The position numbers and the translations under genes are program-made. Shown here piece after piece: positions 40,957 to 52,045 of a DNA stretch of 64,000 nucleotides; positions within the stretch are counted from its first letter, which is position 1, and each line of letters opens with the position of its first letter. The DNA is from Raillietiella orientalis (Eukaryota): the NCBI GenBank assembly GCA_036172245.1, contig JAYWIR010000039.1, forward strand, positions 1,612,001 through 1,676,000. The letters are read 5' to 3'. Below the pieces are notes generated by a model. The model saw only the letters and a list, made by a program, of their open reading frames with translations, made no database searches and had not been told where the DNA came from.

Positions 40957-41879
40957 ATGGCGCCAGCGCGGACCGTCAGGATGCTCTTGCTGCTGCTTTC
41001 CGTCGTCATGGCGCTCTGTTGTCAGTGGACCAATGGACAGGTCAGTGCATCTTTTTTTCTCCCCCTCCTCCTCCGTGGCAGTAGCGGCGCGTTCCATCTC
41101 GCCCTGAGTCAATAGAGTGCAGGCTGGCCTGAAACGATCCCGCCAGACAGGCAGAGGTCGCGGACTGGTGGCCCAGAACGTCCTCGGGGGAGGCATGGGC
41201 CCGAGTTGGCTCTGCCTAGACCGTGGATTTTGCTGTTACCGTCCGAAAGCGTCCTCCAGAGGAAGGGGAGCGAGAGAGATGTCTCCTCCTACTCGCCTTC
41301 TTCCCATCGCATCATCCGGAGCCGCATGTCTGGCGTCGCCGGGAGAGGTCCGATCCATCCCCTCGCCACGGGGAAAAGGAACGGACGAGCCTCGGACGCC
41401 GGGAAGGAAGGCTGCACTTGCACGAGGGACGGAGTCTCGGGTGGAAAAGGCCCGGGGGGCGCCGCTTCCAGCTTCTCCCGTTCCCTCCTCCCATCCGTGC
41501 AACCGATTTAGCCTCTGGTCTTCCAGGAGCTGAGCAAGCGGCCCTTCTGCAACGCATTTACGGGGTGCGGCAGGAAGCGGGCGCAGTCGGAGGCAGTTCC
41601 TCTGGGAGACGGGTACCTTGCAGACGCCCCTCTCTACCTGCAGCAGCAGCTCGCCCTGAACGACCCTGCCGACCAGTCTTCCCGCCTCCCCTTGAGCTGG
41701 AGCGCTCTTTGGGGAACCCGACGCAGGTTCGAGGAGAACGCGAGAGTGAGTGGGTGGTGTCACCCTCTGTCCCCCATTCCCTTCCACCCTCCTCCCCCGG
41801 GCACACTTCCTGGCAGCAAGGCGCGCTGCCCGTCTTACAGGGTCGCAAAGGGACCCGCCCGAAAGGAGGAGAGGAGTGA
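40957..41879 (+). CDS. CCAP: crustacean cardioactive peptide prepropeptide, ~113 aa; coding exons 40957-41040, 41527-41745, 41841-41879
   Basis: Signal peptide MAPARTVRMLLLLLSVVMALCCQWTNG, then Q|ELS-KR-PFCNAFTGC-G-RKR. Phase-0 GT-AG introns and AATAAA at 41976. Missed by the ORF track because the key exon has no start codon. The last exon is less certain. Confidence 0.95.
41542..41571 (+). other. CCAP: mature CCAP nonapeptide PFCNAFTGC plus amide-donor Gly
   Basis: ccc ttc tgc aac gca ttt acg ggg tgc ggc, flanked by KR and RKR; identical to canonical arthropod CCAP. Confidence 0.98.
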
Positions 41880-41975
41880 CGGCACTTCGGCCGGCTGGAG
41901 AGGCCGTGGCTCCGGCGCCAGCGACCCGCTGTCCACACCGTGGATCCGCTCCCCTCACGTCTATTCATCAAGTCG

Positions 41976-41981
41976 AATAAA
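41976..41981 (+). terminator. polyadenylation signal AATAAA (CCAP)
   Basis: About 97 nt after the predicted CCAP stop, in GC-rich DNA where the hexamer is rare. Confidence 0.65.
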
Positions 41982-43440
41982 CGCTGATCAACGGAAATGC
42001 TGGAGCGGGGACGGCAGAGGCGGGCTGACCCACTACTTGAACAAAAGGCGGGCGCCTCAGGGAAGCTGCAGAGAGGACTCCTCCCTTCTTCTGCGCAGAG
42101 TCCTGTAAGCTCCTTATTCCTCTATTCCTCCTTCTCTTTCCTCCCGCTCCATTCCTCTGTCTCCTTTTCGCATTGGAGCTTCGCAACGCTTGCGCCTTCT
42201 CCCATTCCTCCCCTGTCCTCCCGCAGCGCAAACACGTGAGGGGAGATGGGCGGACTCCGCCCTAAGGTGTGGCGTAGGCACCAGGGTTGCCTCTCCAGGA
42301 TCCAAGGTCTCTCAGAACTTTCCCGGGAGTGGAACCTTGTGCGCAGACCCGCGTTCCCGGTTCGAGACTTCCGGGATATCGCAATGTCCTTCCCCTCTGA
42401 CGTCATCTCTCCCTCTTTCCCACGGTTTGTCTGGGTCGAACCGCCTTTTAAGGCCCCCCCCCCCTTCCGCCTTCTCTGCATCCAGAAGCTGCTCGGTGGC
42501 CGCGACGGAGGAGGACGCCGGCGGAGAGAGAGGACGACGAGGCTTCTCTAGGTGTGGGAAGGGCTGTAATCCGTGTTGCCCTTTGAGAAGGAGCAGAATC
42601 AGACAGCCCTCCTTGCAGCAGGGAGGTCATCGGGCATTCCCTAGACGCTCACGTCGCAGTGGTCACCCTCTTAGACGAGAGACCAATGGCTTCAGCTCTC
42701 CTTCCTCTTTCTCCACCGTGGGGTGATGGCAAGCAGGGGCGAAACAGGAAGGGGCTCTCGCTAAACACTGGGGACAAGAAGCTGACCACGGACTGACTGT
42801 CGGTAGCCCCCGACCAAGGTCATCGGTCTCGGGATGCGAGTGCGGAAGAGAACAGGCGCCGACGGAAGGGGGCGACCGGTCACTGAACCCCTGACCGACA
42901 GGGAACGCATCTTCCGCTTGGGAAAGAGGGAGAGTTCCCCCTCTCAGTTCGTGGTCAGATTGCGGACACCTGTCGCGAACGGCCGCGGAGGCACTTCGGC
43001 AAGCTGCAGCAGGGAAGCCTCTCAGGGCAGTGCCGCCGCGCCGCATCAGAGGAAGCAATGGCACAGGGTGGGGTGCGGGGTGGATCCGTCTTCCTCTCAG
43101 GGGTGCCAGGCAAGCAGGACCCAGGACGCGAACCCCCCTTTAGCAGCGCCTCCTCCAGGAGTAGAGGACATTGCTCCCCTTCTTTGGAAAGCGGTGATCT
43201 GCCTCGGCTGAACCGGGCAGCAGCGGCGGCGCCAAAAACAACGGTGGCCTTTCAGAGGAGTCCATCCGCACCCTCCCTGGCTTCTTCCCTTCTCTACTCC
43301 CACTTTCCGAAGGCCGGCCCCGATGCTTTCTCGAAAGACCTCCTTTTTTCTTTATTATTGTCATTAGTCGTCCCGCATCAGGAAGTGGAAGGGTGCTCGC
43401 GTGGACCCGGAATAGGGCCTTCCTGGGGGAGGATTCATGC

Positions 43441-46400
43441 TCAACAGGGAGTCTTGGAGGCCTTGTAGACGGTGGGGGGCTGGTGGGGGGTTCCCACGTG
43501 CCCATTGTAGAGGATGTAAGGAAGGAGGATGGCCAAGGCCGCCAGCACCACGCCCAGAGTGTTGATGACCACTGCCTCCTCAGGCAGCCGCTTATAGGCG
43601 TCCCTGGAGAAGGTCATAAACCGAGTAGTCGGGTCGTCCCTTCCCCCTCTACTGCCTCCCTCTTCCCCCCTTACCCCTCGGGAAGGAGGCAGATGGAGGG
43701 AGGGGAGTCTTGTGCCCTCGGAGCTCACCCTAGGGCAAAGATGGCCTTCTCCAGCAGGCCGGTCAGGCAGGCGGCGACCGACATCCAGAAGGTGATCACG
43801 CCGAAAGCAGCGTGCACTGGCGCCAGGGCGCTGCGGAAGGATTCTGTGGACGTATCACAGCACAGCAGGACGAGGAAGCTGAAGAACCCCACGACGAACT
43901 GCAAGAGGAAGGGGGAGGGGGGAGTGTGAGAAAAGGGTGGTGGTGATGGAAGCGAAGGGCTGCTCCCCTCCGAGATGAACGTGCGCTACGCGCGGCATAA
44001 ACCTCCTGTTCCGGAATAGCGACCCCCATCCCCCCACACAAGTGCTACTGCCCTTCGGGCAACCTCATACACCCCTCATACCGTTCTGCCTCGGATCCCA
44101 AGGGAAAACGGGGAGTCCGAGGAAGTGTACATAGGCGCGCCTCCCGATCGACCATCAGATGCCCACGGCGGGCAAAAAAAAAAAAAAAAAGGCCGAGATG
44201 TTCCTTTTCCTTGGAGTCAGACCCTTTACCCAACACGGAGGGAGGAACCAATGGAGGTGCTGCTTGCTAATCGCCATTTTGGGGTCGTCTATTCGTAGTC
44301 ACTCGCCTCTCCCTCTTTGCAGCACGAGAGAGGGGTGTCAAGATGGCTGCGGGATGACCCGGGGCGAAGGAGCGAGCGCGACGAGGAAGGTTCCTGGCTG
44401 CCTTCCCGAGGTGTCCTTCGGGGGAAGTTCGCCCGAAAGGGGGCGGTGGCACGTACCTCCTCGGCTCGCCACGAGGAACGGAGGCGTCTCCTTTCGTCTG
44501 AAGGTCGCGAGGGGACGCCAATGACGACCCGCTAGCGCGCGCGCGCGATGAGGACGGCTGGGTGGGCGACGGGAGCGGAAGAGGGAGGGGGCGAGGGAGT
44601 GCCGGCGCGCGCTTCGACCTGCAGTCCAAAGAGCCCCAGGGCGATCAGGCCGACCCACGAGTGCAGAGTGTAGAGGTTGGGGATGGGCGTGCTGCGAAGG
44701 TTGTGGGAGTCGAAGACGGCAATAGTGCCCACGACGACGCACGGCAGTGCCATCAGGTGCAGCATCGTGTGGAGGAGCTTTTTGTAGGCCCTCTTCGAGC
44801 ACTGGAAGGTGCGGTACACCAGTAGGGCTGCAACACACAGGAAAGAAAAAAGGGAGTGAGTGGGTAAGCAGGAGTAAGGGAAGTCAGCGACCACGATCCG
44901 AAGGGACCTCCGCTTACCCGCACCCTTCCTGTCGAAACCCGAGAACGTCCAGAAAGTGGCGCCCGCGACGATGAACACTCTGGGATGAGAGGACAGCAGA
45001 ATACCAGAAGGGACCCAGAAACTCTCCTCCTTCTCGGAGGAGACAAGGGAGAGGGAAGCGGCCTAGCTCGGGCAAGATCAGGCAGGATAGCGCCGGGGAG
45101 AACTCAGGGCGCTTCTCTTTTGTGAGGGAGGAGCAGGAAGGAAGGAAAGGTTCTTCCTCCGCCCACGCGGTCGCCTAGGCTCTCTCCCTGGCCCCTTTCC
45201 CCGTCAGAGGTCGCTCGGAGCAGCAACATCAGCAGCAGGAGCAGGTCGGCGAGCCCAGGGACGGACGTCTTGGCTCCCGCGCGCCCCCTCAGGAAGGAAG
45301 GAAGTCGCCTCCCCTGCCGCACTCCCAGCTTCAGCTATGAGGGAGGGGCTGGAGGGAAGGGAAGAGGCAGTCCCGAACTGCCCGAACCCTCCGATCCAAC
45401 CGTGTACTTCCCTCCCCCCTCCTTCTTCCATTCTCCTCTTCGGGAGCGTGCGAAAGCAGGGTCCAGGATGGCGGCAGTGACGGACGAATGGGAATCGCGC
45501 CGTGCTCCTCGGACTACCGCTATCCCGTCCCTTCTCGTTACCAGGGGTGCATCTGAAAAAGGGAGAGGAAAGGGGAAGAAGGGGAGGAAGCGGACAATTC
45601 CTCGTAGCCGAGTTGCAGAGATTTCGCGATTTCCCTCCGTCCTGCCTTGCGCGGTCCCTGCTCACCCCGCCTTGCACGCTCCCGAGAGGGATGCTGAGCA
45701 GGGGGATGGCGCTTGAGGGCCACACTCACCGTGCCCGCAGAAGAAGACGAGACCCGTCACCATAAGCACTGGGTGGAGATTGAACTCCTTGCGAGGGTCC
45801 TCCTGCCAGGCGAACCCCTTCCGGTACCAAACGGTCCAGAACAGGACCAGGCCGAGAGCCCCCCACAGGAGGATGAACGCTGCTCCGAGGACCAGGATGA
45901 AGCTGCAGACGCTCGAGCTGCTCCATGTCTGGACCTTCGCCCTGTGTAGGTACCTGAAAAGGAAGCGACGGCAGTGAGATGGAGGAGCGCAGGCAGCCTG
46001 CCGGTCCCTCGGTCGAGGGACGGGAAGGAGGGGCGGGGATGGAAAGCGAAAGCAGGAAACGGACCCAACCAACCACCTCCTCGATCCTCAGCTCTTCGGA
46101 GGGTGGCAACATGAAGATCTGCCTGTCCGTGCGTCGCCTCGAGAATCTCAAGAAGTGTCTCTCCAACCAAGAATGCATGGGGGTCGGAGTGGGGAGGAAG
46201 GGGTGCCCTGGAGTGTCCAGAAAAGCGAGGCGACCGAACATGTTCCCTTCAGTCCAGCTGCCTGAGTGGGGAGTTACTCGAACGACCTTCTCTACATGGG
46301 GACCGATGTGACCTCAACGGTGGCTACCACGACGCTCGACGATGACTTGAACGGAACTCAAGGAAGAAACGACTGTTGGTGCAGGGAGGAGAGGCCCTGG

Positions 46401-49400
46401 AAGGGGGGACACCCGTAGCCGGATGATAGCGAGCAATGGCTACATGACCCTCGAAACGACGGTGTGTTGTAGCTGGTCGAATGACCAGCTGCAACCCGAT
46501 GGATGGATGATCCTTAACCCCACTGGCTAAAAGACCAAGACATCGATTGCAGGATGACCCTTACTACGGAGGAGGGATGACGATCTCTTAATAAACTGGA
46601 GAAATAACTTCATAGTAAGGGTGTGGTGGCTCCGAGTGGCTGGACGACCGGATTCGGCGGTCACGTGATCCTCGACCCAGCAGCGGAATCGTTCCCGCAG
46701 GCAGAATAGGTGCCATCCGCTACGCCGCCCCGTCGCTGTCTCTTCCAAAGGGAAAACTCGCGTTCCTTTGCCTCCCACCCTTCCCCCGCTGCCGTATTTA
46801 GCAACCAAGGCGGCGGCTTGTCGCAGGAAGAGTGAGCGCAAGTCAGCAGATGTGCTCCTCCCTCCTCCTCCGAGCCTGCGCGAGTCAGCCGGACTCGGAG
46901 GAACCCGAGTCAGGAGCAGAGGAGATTGCCAGCCACCAAATCCGACAGAGGGAGATTCTTGCAACAAGAACACTTGGCGAGCTCAACGGACACGTGCGCA
47001 CACGTGGTAGCACCTCGCGTTCGTTTACCTCGAAGGAGTCCGCGAACACGACCCCCCCTCCAAACTGTGCGACGATCTCCTGGGAGCTGGACCAGAATCA
47101 AGGCACCGAAATCGCTGCAGCGCAGGCGGACGACGCTGCTTACTAGGAACACGCCCAGCCTCGCGTAAGAGTTGAATGGAGAGAGGGAAGGGAAGAAAAA
47201 GCGGAATGCTTGGGAGAGAGACATCGCGGAGATGATCACACACCAACTTAGGAATGATTGAAAAAAAAAAAGCCTCGGGCGACCTGGCCGCGCGTGCTCC
47301 TTCCTCCTGAACCGCCTCCTTTAAGACCCAACACTTTGGACACCGTAAAAAGAACGCAGTATCGTTCAGGATACTGCGTTCCTGCCTTGCGCGATATCTG
47401 ACGATAAAACGTGCACAGAACCGGGGAGAGAGGGGAGGGGGAAGAGAACATCGTCATGGTTTCGTTAGGTTTTGAGCGTCCCAAAAGGAAGAGAATGAAA
47501 GGAGAAACAATTAACGGGAAAAAGGAATGGACACGGCGACTGCGACGTCGGCATGTGGATTTCGAAAGAACTCACTTCCCCGGTGCGCGCCGGCTGGTGG
47601 TGGTGATGTGCCCTTCGTACTATGGTGACCGTAACCTCACGCTGGACCTGCTCGAGCATGCACGCTAATCACGGGCAATTAGCGATCACGGCGAGCGATA
47701 GGTGGGGGACGTTTGCATCTATCTCTTTCCGAACGGGCACATACACATGGGGCTAGAATGTGAACTGCAGCACTGGGGACGCGGATGCGGCAACAGTGGC
47801 GCATCTCAAAGAAGGAGGAGAGCCTTTCAAGGGGAGACTCATCGCATGTTCGCGAGAAGACTGCTGGCCTTTGTGGGGAGTGCCGCGTTTTCCGTGTCCA
47901 GGCGCCCTCTCGAAGAAGGACAACAGTAAATACGCGCTCTCAGCAGAGCCGCCCCATACTGGATCGCCTACCTGAAGTTGTGCCCTTACCCTCATCCGAT
48001 CCGCAAGTTCGCTCCGAACCGGGGAACGAAGTTCCCTCTTTCCCCGTTAACTCAATCCTTCCCTTCCAAAGGCTCATCAGTCTTGCTGCCCGGCCCCCAG
48101 GTGGCCTTTGCCGACACGCGTCCCGGAGGTAGGCAATCAGCAAGCACAGGGCAGGAGGGACGGGGGCTGGGGAAATGGCGCGAACCGTTGACGAGAGGGA
48201 CGACGCGTTCGGGAGCGGGGCCGCATTCGCTCGCCGGCATCGCCCTGAACGTAGCAGCGCCCCCTCCGCCCGAACCGCCTGGGAGCGACGCGCGAGAAAA
48301 AACGGCATGTCGGCAGCGATCGGCGATCTCTGGCCCCTCACTTGCGTCTAAAGAAGGAAAGACGGAGGTGAGGGGGAGGCAACGGATGGAACTTAAGGCG
48401 CCGGGAGCGACTCCCCCGTGCTCACCCACCCACCCCTACTTTCTTACTTTGACATCTCTGCCGCACCGCCTCCGCCTTTTTGCTCGTTAGGATGCACTTT
48501 CTGACCACATCGGCGCAGCGGCCTCCGGCCCCGACAACAGCGAATACCGGGCGGGCCGGTGAGGCAACCGGCTATAAGCCTCCGCGAGCAGGCGGGGAGG
48601 AAAAAAAAAAATATGCACACACATGCACGCACGCACTCACGCACGCACTCACGCACATGAACTCATCGCGCGTCGCTCCGGAAGCCTGCCGGCCGGCTGA
48701 CCTTCTCTCCGCGGATTGAACACTCCAACGCAGAGGAGCAGATCTAATCTGGGACTAATGGGGCGGGGGAGGGCTGGGGACAGGGAACGGACGGAAAGCG
48801 ATCGGAAAGCGATGACTCTCTTGGAAGGATGATGCTCCAGAACGAAAACCAGAACGTGGCGGCACCTCCGCGAGCTTCCTTTTGGCTCCTTCCTCCCCTC
48901 CTTTCTCCCGCGCGAGTTTCGTGTGGCGGCGGGTAAAGCAGCGAGCCGGTCGACCCGCGCTCTGTCGGCCGCCGCGAAGGGGCTGCAACTGGAACGGGCG
49001 CGCGCTCTGCTTTCCCACAGGCGCGATGGGGTTGTTGGTTTCCCTTGGAGACCACCGTGGCACTTCCGCTCTCTCTGGCCACCCGTACCACGGCAGCTTG
49101 GAATTTTCACGGTTCACAAACCATCTCTCCTGCACAGAGAGAGAAAGAGAGAGGGGTATCCCTCGGATGAGTACCCGCATTGTACCAGCGTGTCCTTCTT
49201 GGTTCCCTCCTCTTCCTCGCTTTCCCACGAACGCGGCAAGGAAAGTGCAGCCTTCCAGATCGGGATGTTGCAGTTGATCTTCCGATCGAGCTCCGCAGCA
49301 GAGCTGCGGGAAGCGCGACGACGTGGCGTCTTCCCGCCCACGGCTCCGCGAGCCACGGCCGAGAGCCCGAGGGGGAGGAACGGGACCGGAGGCGATGACC

Positions 49401-50277
49401 CTGCAGAGCGCGCCTGCGGTGAGGGCTGCCGGCGCATCCTCTCTTGTCGATGTAGTGGGGCGGCCGGTGCCCGTGCCGAGGATGGGATGAGACGCCGCTA
49501 CGCAGGAGCGTCCGTGCGCAGGAAGAGCCTCACGAACCCAGTCGCGCTTCGCTCCGGGAGACCGCGCTGGAGGATACGGCGGACGAGCCCGGCCATGTGC
49601 ACCGGGCTCGCTTCCCACCACCCACTTCCCTTGACGACCGTGTAACCCGGGAAAACCCACATCCACCTCCCATCCGAGCATCCCGGACCCTCGGAAACAG
49701 ACCTTCCTCGGGAGTTCGCGATCTCGAATCCCGAGCCGGGTGCCCCTTTGCGGGATTCCTCCTGCAAGGATCCCACTGGAATCCCGCAGCCCCCTGGCCC
49801 AGCTGCGTTGTCGCGGAAACGAACTCCAGGAGGATGAGGTGGGCACTGACAGTCCTCGGCACGCTACGGCGGAGGGGGAGGAGGGATGGACGCAGCGAAA
49901 GAGTGTCGTCGTCCTCTTTCCTTTCTTCCTCGAGCACGCGCTTCTTTCCGCGAAGGTCCTGGAAGACAACCGGTTTCCCTGCCGACGGGAGGAGGCGAAG
50001 AGGGGAAGACGGGATACGTCAACGTCAGGGGCGAAAGGAACGTGGGGGGGGAGAAGGCGACTCGAGAGGGGGAGGGAATGTGCTCCCACCTTCCTGCGTC
50101 GGGCTCCTCGTTCGGCTCTTCGCCTCCGCCTGCTGCTGCTCCTCTGGATCCCTCGGCAATATCCGTCTCCTCCTGCTCCTTTCCCTCTTTATCGAAGTGC
50201 TTCAGAGGGAGAGCATTGGCGTACTCCGAGCCGAGGGGCTCGTCGTAGATGGGGGTCACTCCGTAGGAAAGGTGCAT
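43441..50277 (-). CDS. nemy: cytochrome b561 / transmembrane ascorbate-dependent reductase (nemy-like), ~317 aa; exons 50277-50090, 45953-45730, 44827-44619, 43898-43729, 43603-43441
   Basis: [43 protein letters not shown] and APVHAAFG (four heme His). [14 protein letters not shown] resembles Drosophila nemy as I recall it. The exons sum to 954 nt in frame. The first coding exon is inferred from phase match and is less certain. Confidence 0.9.
48615..48657 (+). repeat. (CACG/CACT)n-like simple repeat
   Basis: gcacacacatgcacgcacgcactcacgcacgcactcacgcac. Confidence 0.75.
49836..49966 (+). repeat. ~130-bp dispersed direct repeat, copy 1
   Basis: Shares ACAGTCCTCG..ACGCT.CGGCGG and the exact CTTCCTCGAGCACGCGCTTCTTTCCGC with 51921-52045. 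Confidence 0.85.
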
Positions 50278-51920
50278 GGAAGGCTCCTGTCCCGTTTCTC
50301 CCTTCTCTCCCTCCCCGTCCTTCAAGGCGTCTTCCTGGGGGAGACACGGAAGGCGTGTGAATGGCCAAACAGGGGCGCGCGCGGGAGAGAGAGTCCCACC
50401 CAGCACCCACTCCCCACGCCGATTTCAGGGCAGCACAAGGGGCGTGGTGAGGGCGCCGCATCACCGCCGTCTGCTCTGATCCGCTTGCGGGAGGGAATGG
50501 GAATGGGAGGAGGATGAAAGGAGAGACTCGGCGCACTCCCGATATTCAGTGGGGGTGGTGGGTAAGTGGTTATCCACACTTCTCGTCTTCTCCCTGGAGC
50601 GAGCCAGCATCTGACCTCCCTTCGGCTCGGGATCCCTCTTCCGAGGGAGGAGGTCGAGCGTCCTACTCTTCCTCCATCTCCGTTTCCTTGCCACGGCGCC
50701 AGGCCTGCGTCCTCGCCTCGGGAACTCCCCAGGGGGGGAAGGGCTGGGGGCAGACGGCGATCCTCCACCCGCGCCACCAGGAGAAGTGCGCGCGCGCCAC
50801 CGCGGACTCCCCGCCGTCGCGAGCTGCCGCCTCGGCTGCAGTACTCACCAGTCCCGGTCCACTCCCGCTCCTACTTCTCCCTCTCGCTCAGCAACCCTAA
50901 CGGAATTCGAGGTCGACCGACAGCCGCCTTCCCGGAGGCCTCGCATGGAGCAGAGGGAGGGGGGGAAGCAGAGGAGCACCACGCGCGGGGAGCGCCCGCT
51001 GTCGGCCGGCAAGCAGAAGTTGATACACTGGAGGCGACCTCGGGAGCTCCGCGCAAAGGAGTTTCTGGTTTCGAATGCCCCTCCACGACACGCACGCATA
51101 CGGGTGTCTCATCTTCCCACGCGCCCTCTTCCTCCGCTGCCGGCAGCGGCCTCCCTGCATCCTGGAGGAGTGCGAAAGAGGCATCCAGGCAGGAGGGAGC
51201 ATATCTGCTTCGTATGACGCTGTACGCTCGCGACTCCTTTTTTGGAGGAGCGTACGGCGACGACGCGCCTCCTCCTCAGACTCTCCACGTGCAGTTCTGC
51301 ATGTAGGGAGTGCGCACCATGCAGCGGCCCGAATGGGGGAAGCGAAGGAAAGAGGAGTGATTTGAACGGAGGGATGAAAAGAGGCAGGGGGTTTGCGTTC
51401 GCTCCTGACGACGACCTTTCGTCTTCGGACGATCTGGCGTGCTCTCCCCCTGCCTTCCCGCCCCATGCGCACGAGTGGCGTGACGGGTGTCCCGTTCCTT
51501 CCCCGAAAAGGCACATCTCGGACGATGGAGAGGCGGTAAAGGGGTGACCTCACTCCGTGCGGATGTGTGATCCAGAACGAAAAAACGCTTCCGGAGATCG
51601 AAAGCACGGGGGATCATCCCCAGATCGGAGGCAGTGCCTTTTGTCTGAGAAGTACCACTTTCTTGCCTAGCGCGAATTCCTCTAACTCCTCCGGCTGTCG
51701 CTGTCGAAACCTCATAGGTTTCTCTTTCCCTTCTTCCCTTGGTGCCCACGCGGCCTTGCTGGGTGGAGACAGGAGGGAGGTAGTGTCGGAAACTCGGGAG
51801 AGACATATGCACCCTGGCTTGGTATCGGTCCAGGGGAGGTAGGGGAGGGCGTATCAGTGAGCTTCGTGTCTTAGGAATCCTTCCTGTTCCAGGCCGAAGA
51901 GAGGTGAGTGCGCGCGCGAG

Positions 51921-52045
51921 AAGATGGGTGCTCACAGTCCTCGATACGCTGCGGCGGGGGAGATGAACGCAAGGAAAGAGCAGAGTACCGTCCCTTTTCC
52001 TTCCTTCCTCGAGCACGCGCTTCTTTCCGCAAAGATCCTAGAAGA
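51921..52045 (+). repeat. ~125-bp dispersed direct repeat, copy 2
   Basis: Diverged copy of 49836-49966, same orientation. Confidence 0.85.

Noticed and set aside
46077..46122. Candidate extra nemy exon ([15 protein letters not shown])
   Set aside because: It ends in phase 0 while the next exon needs phase 2, and its acceptor is weak. Direct splicing 50090 to 45953 keeps the frame.
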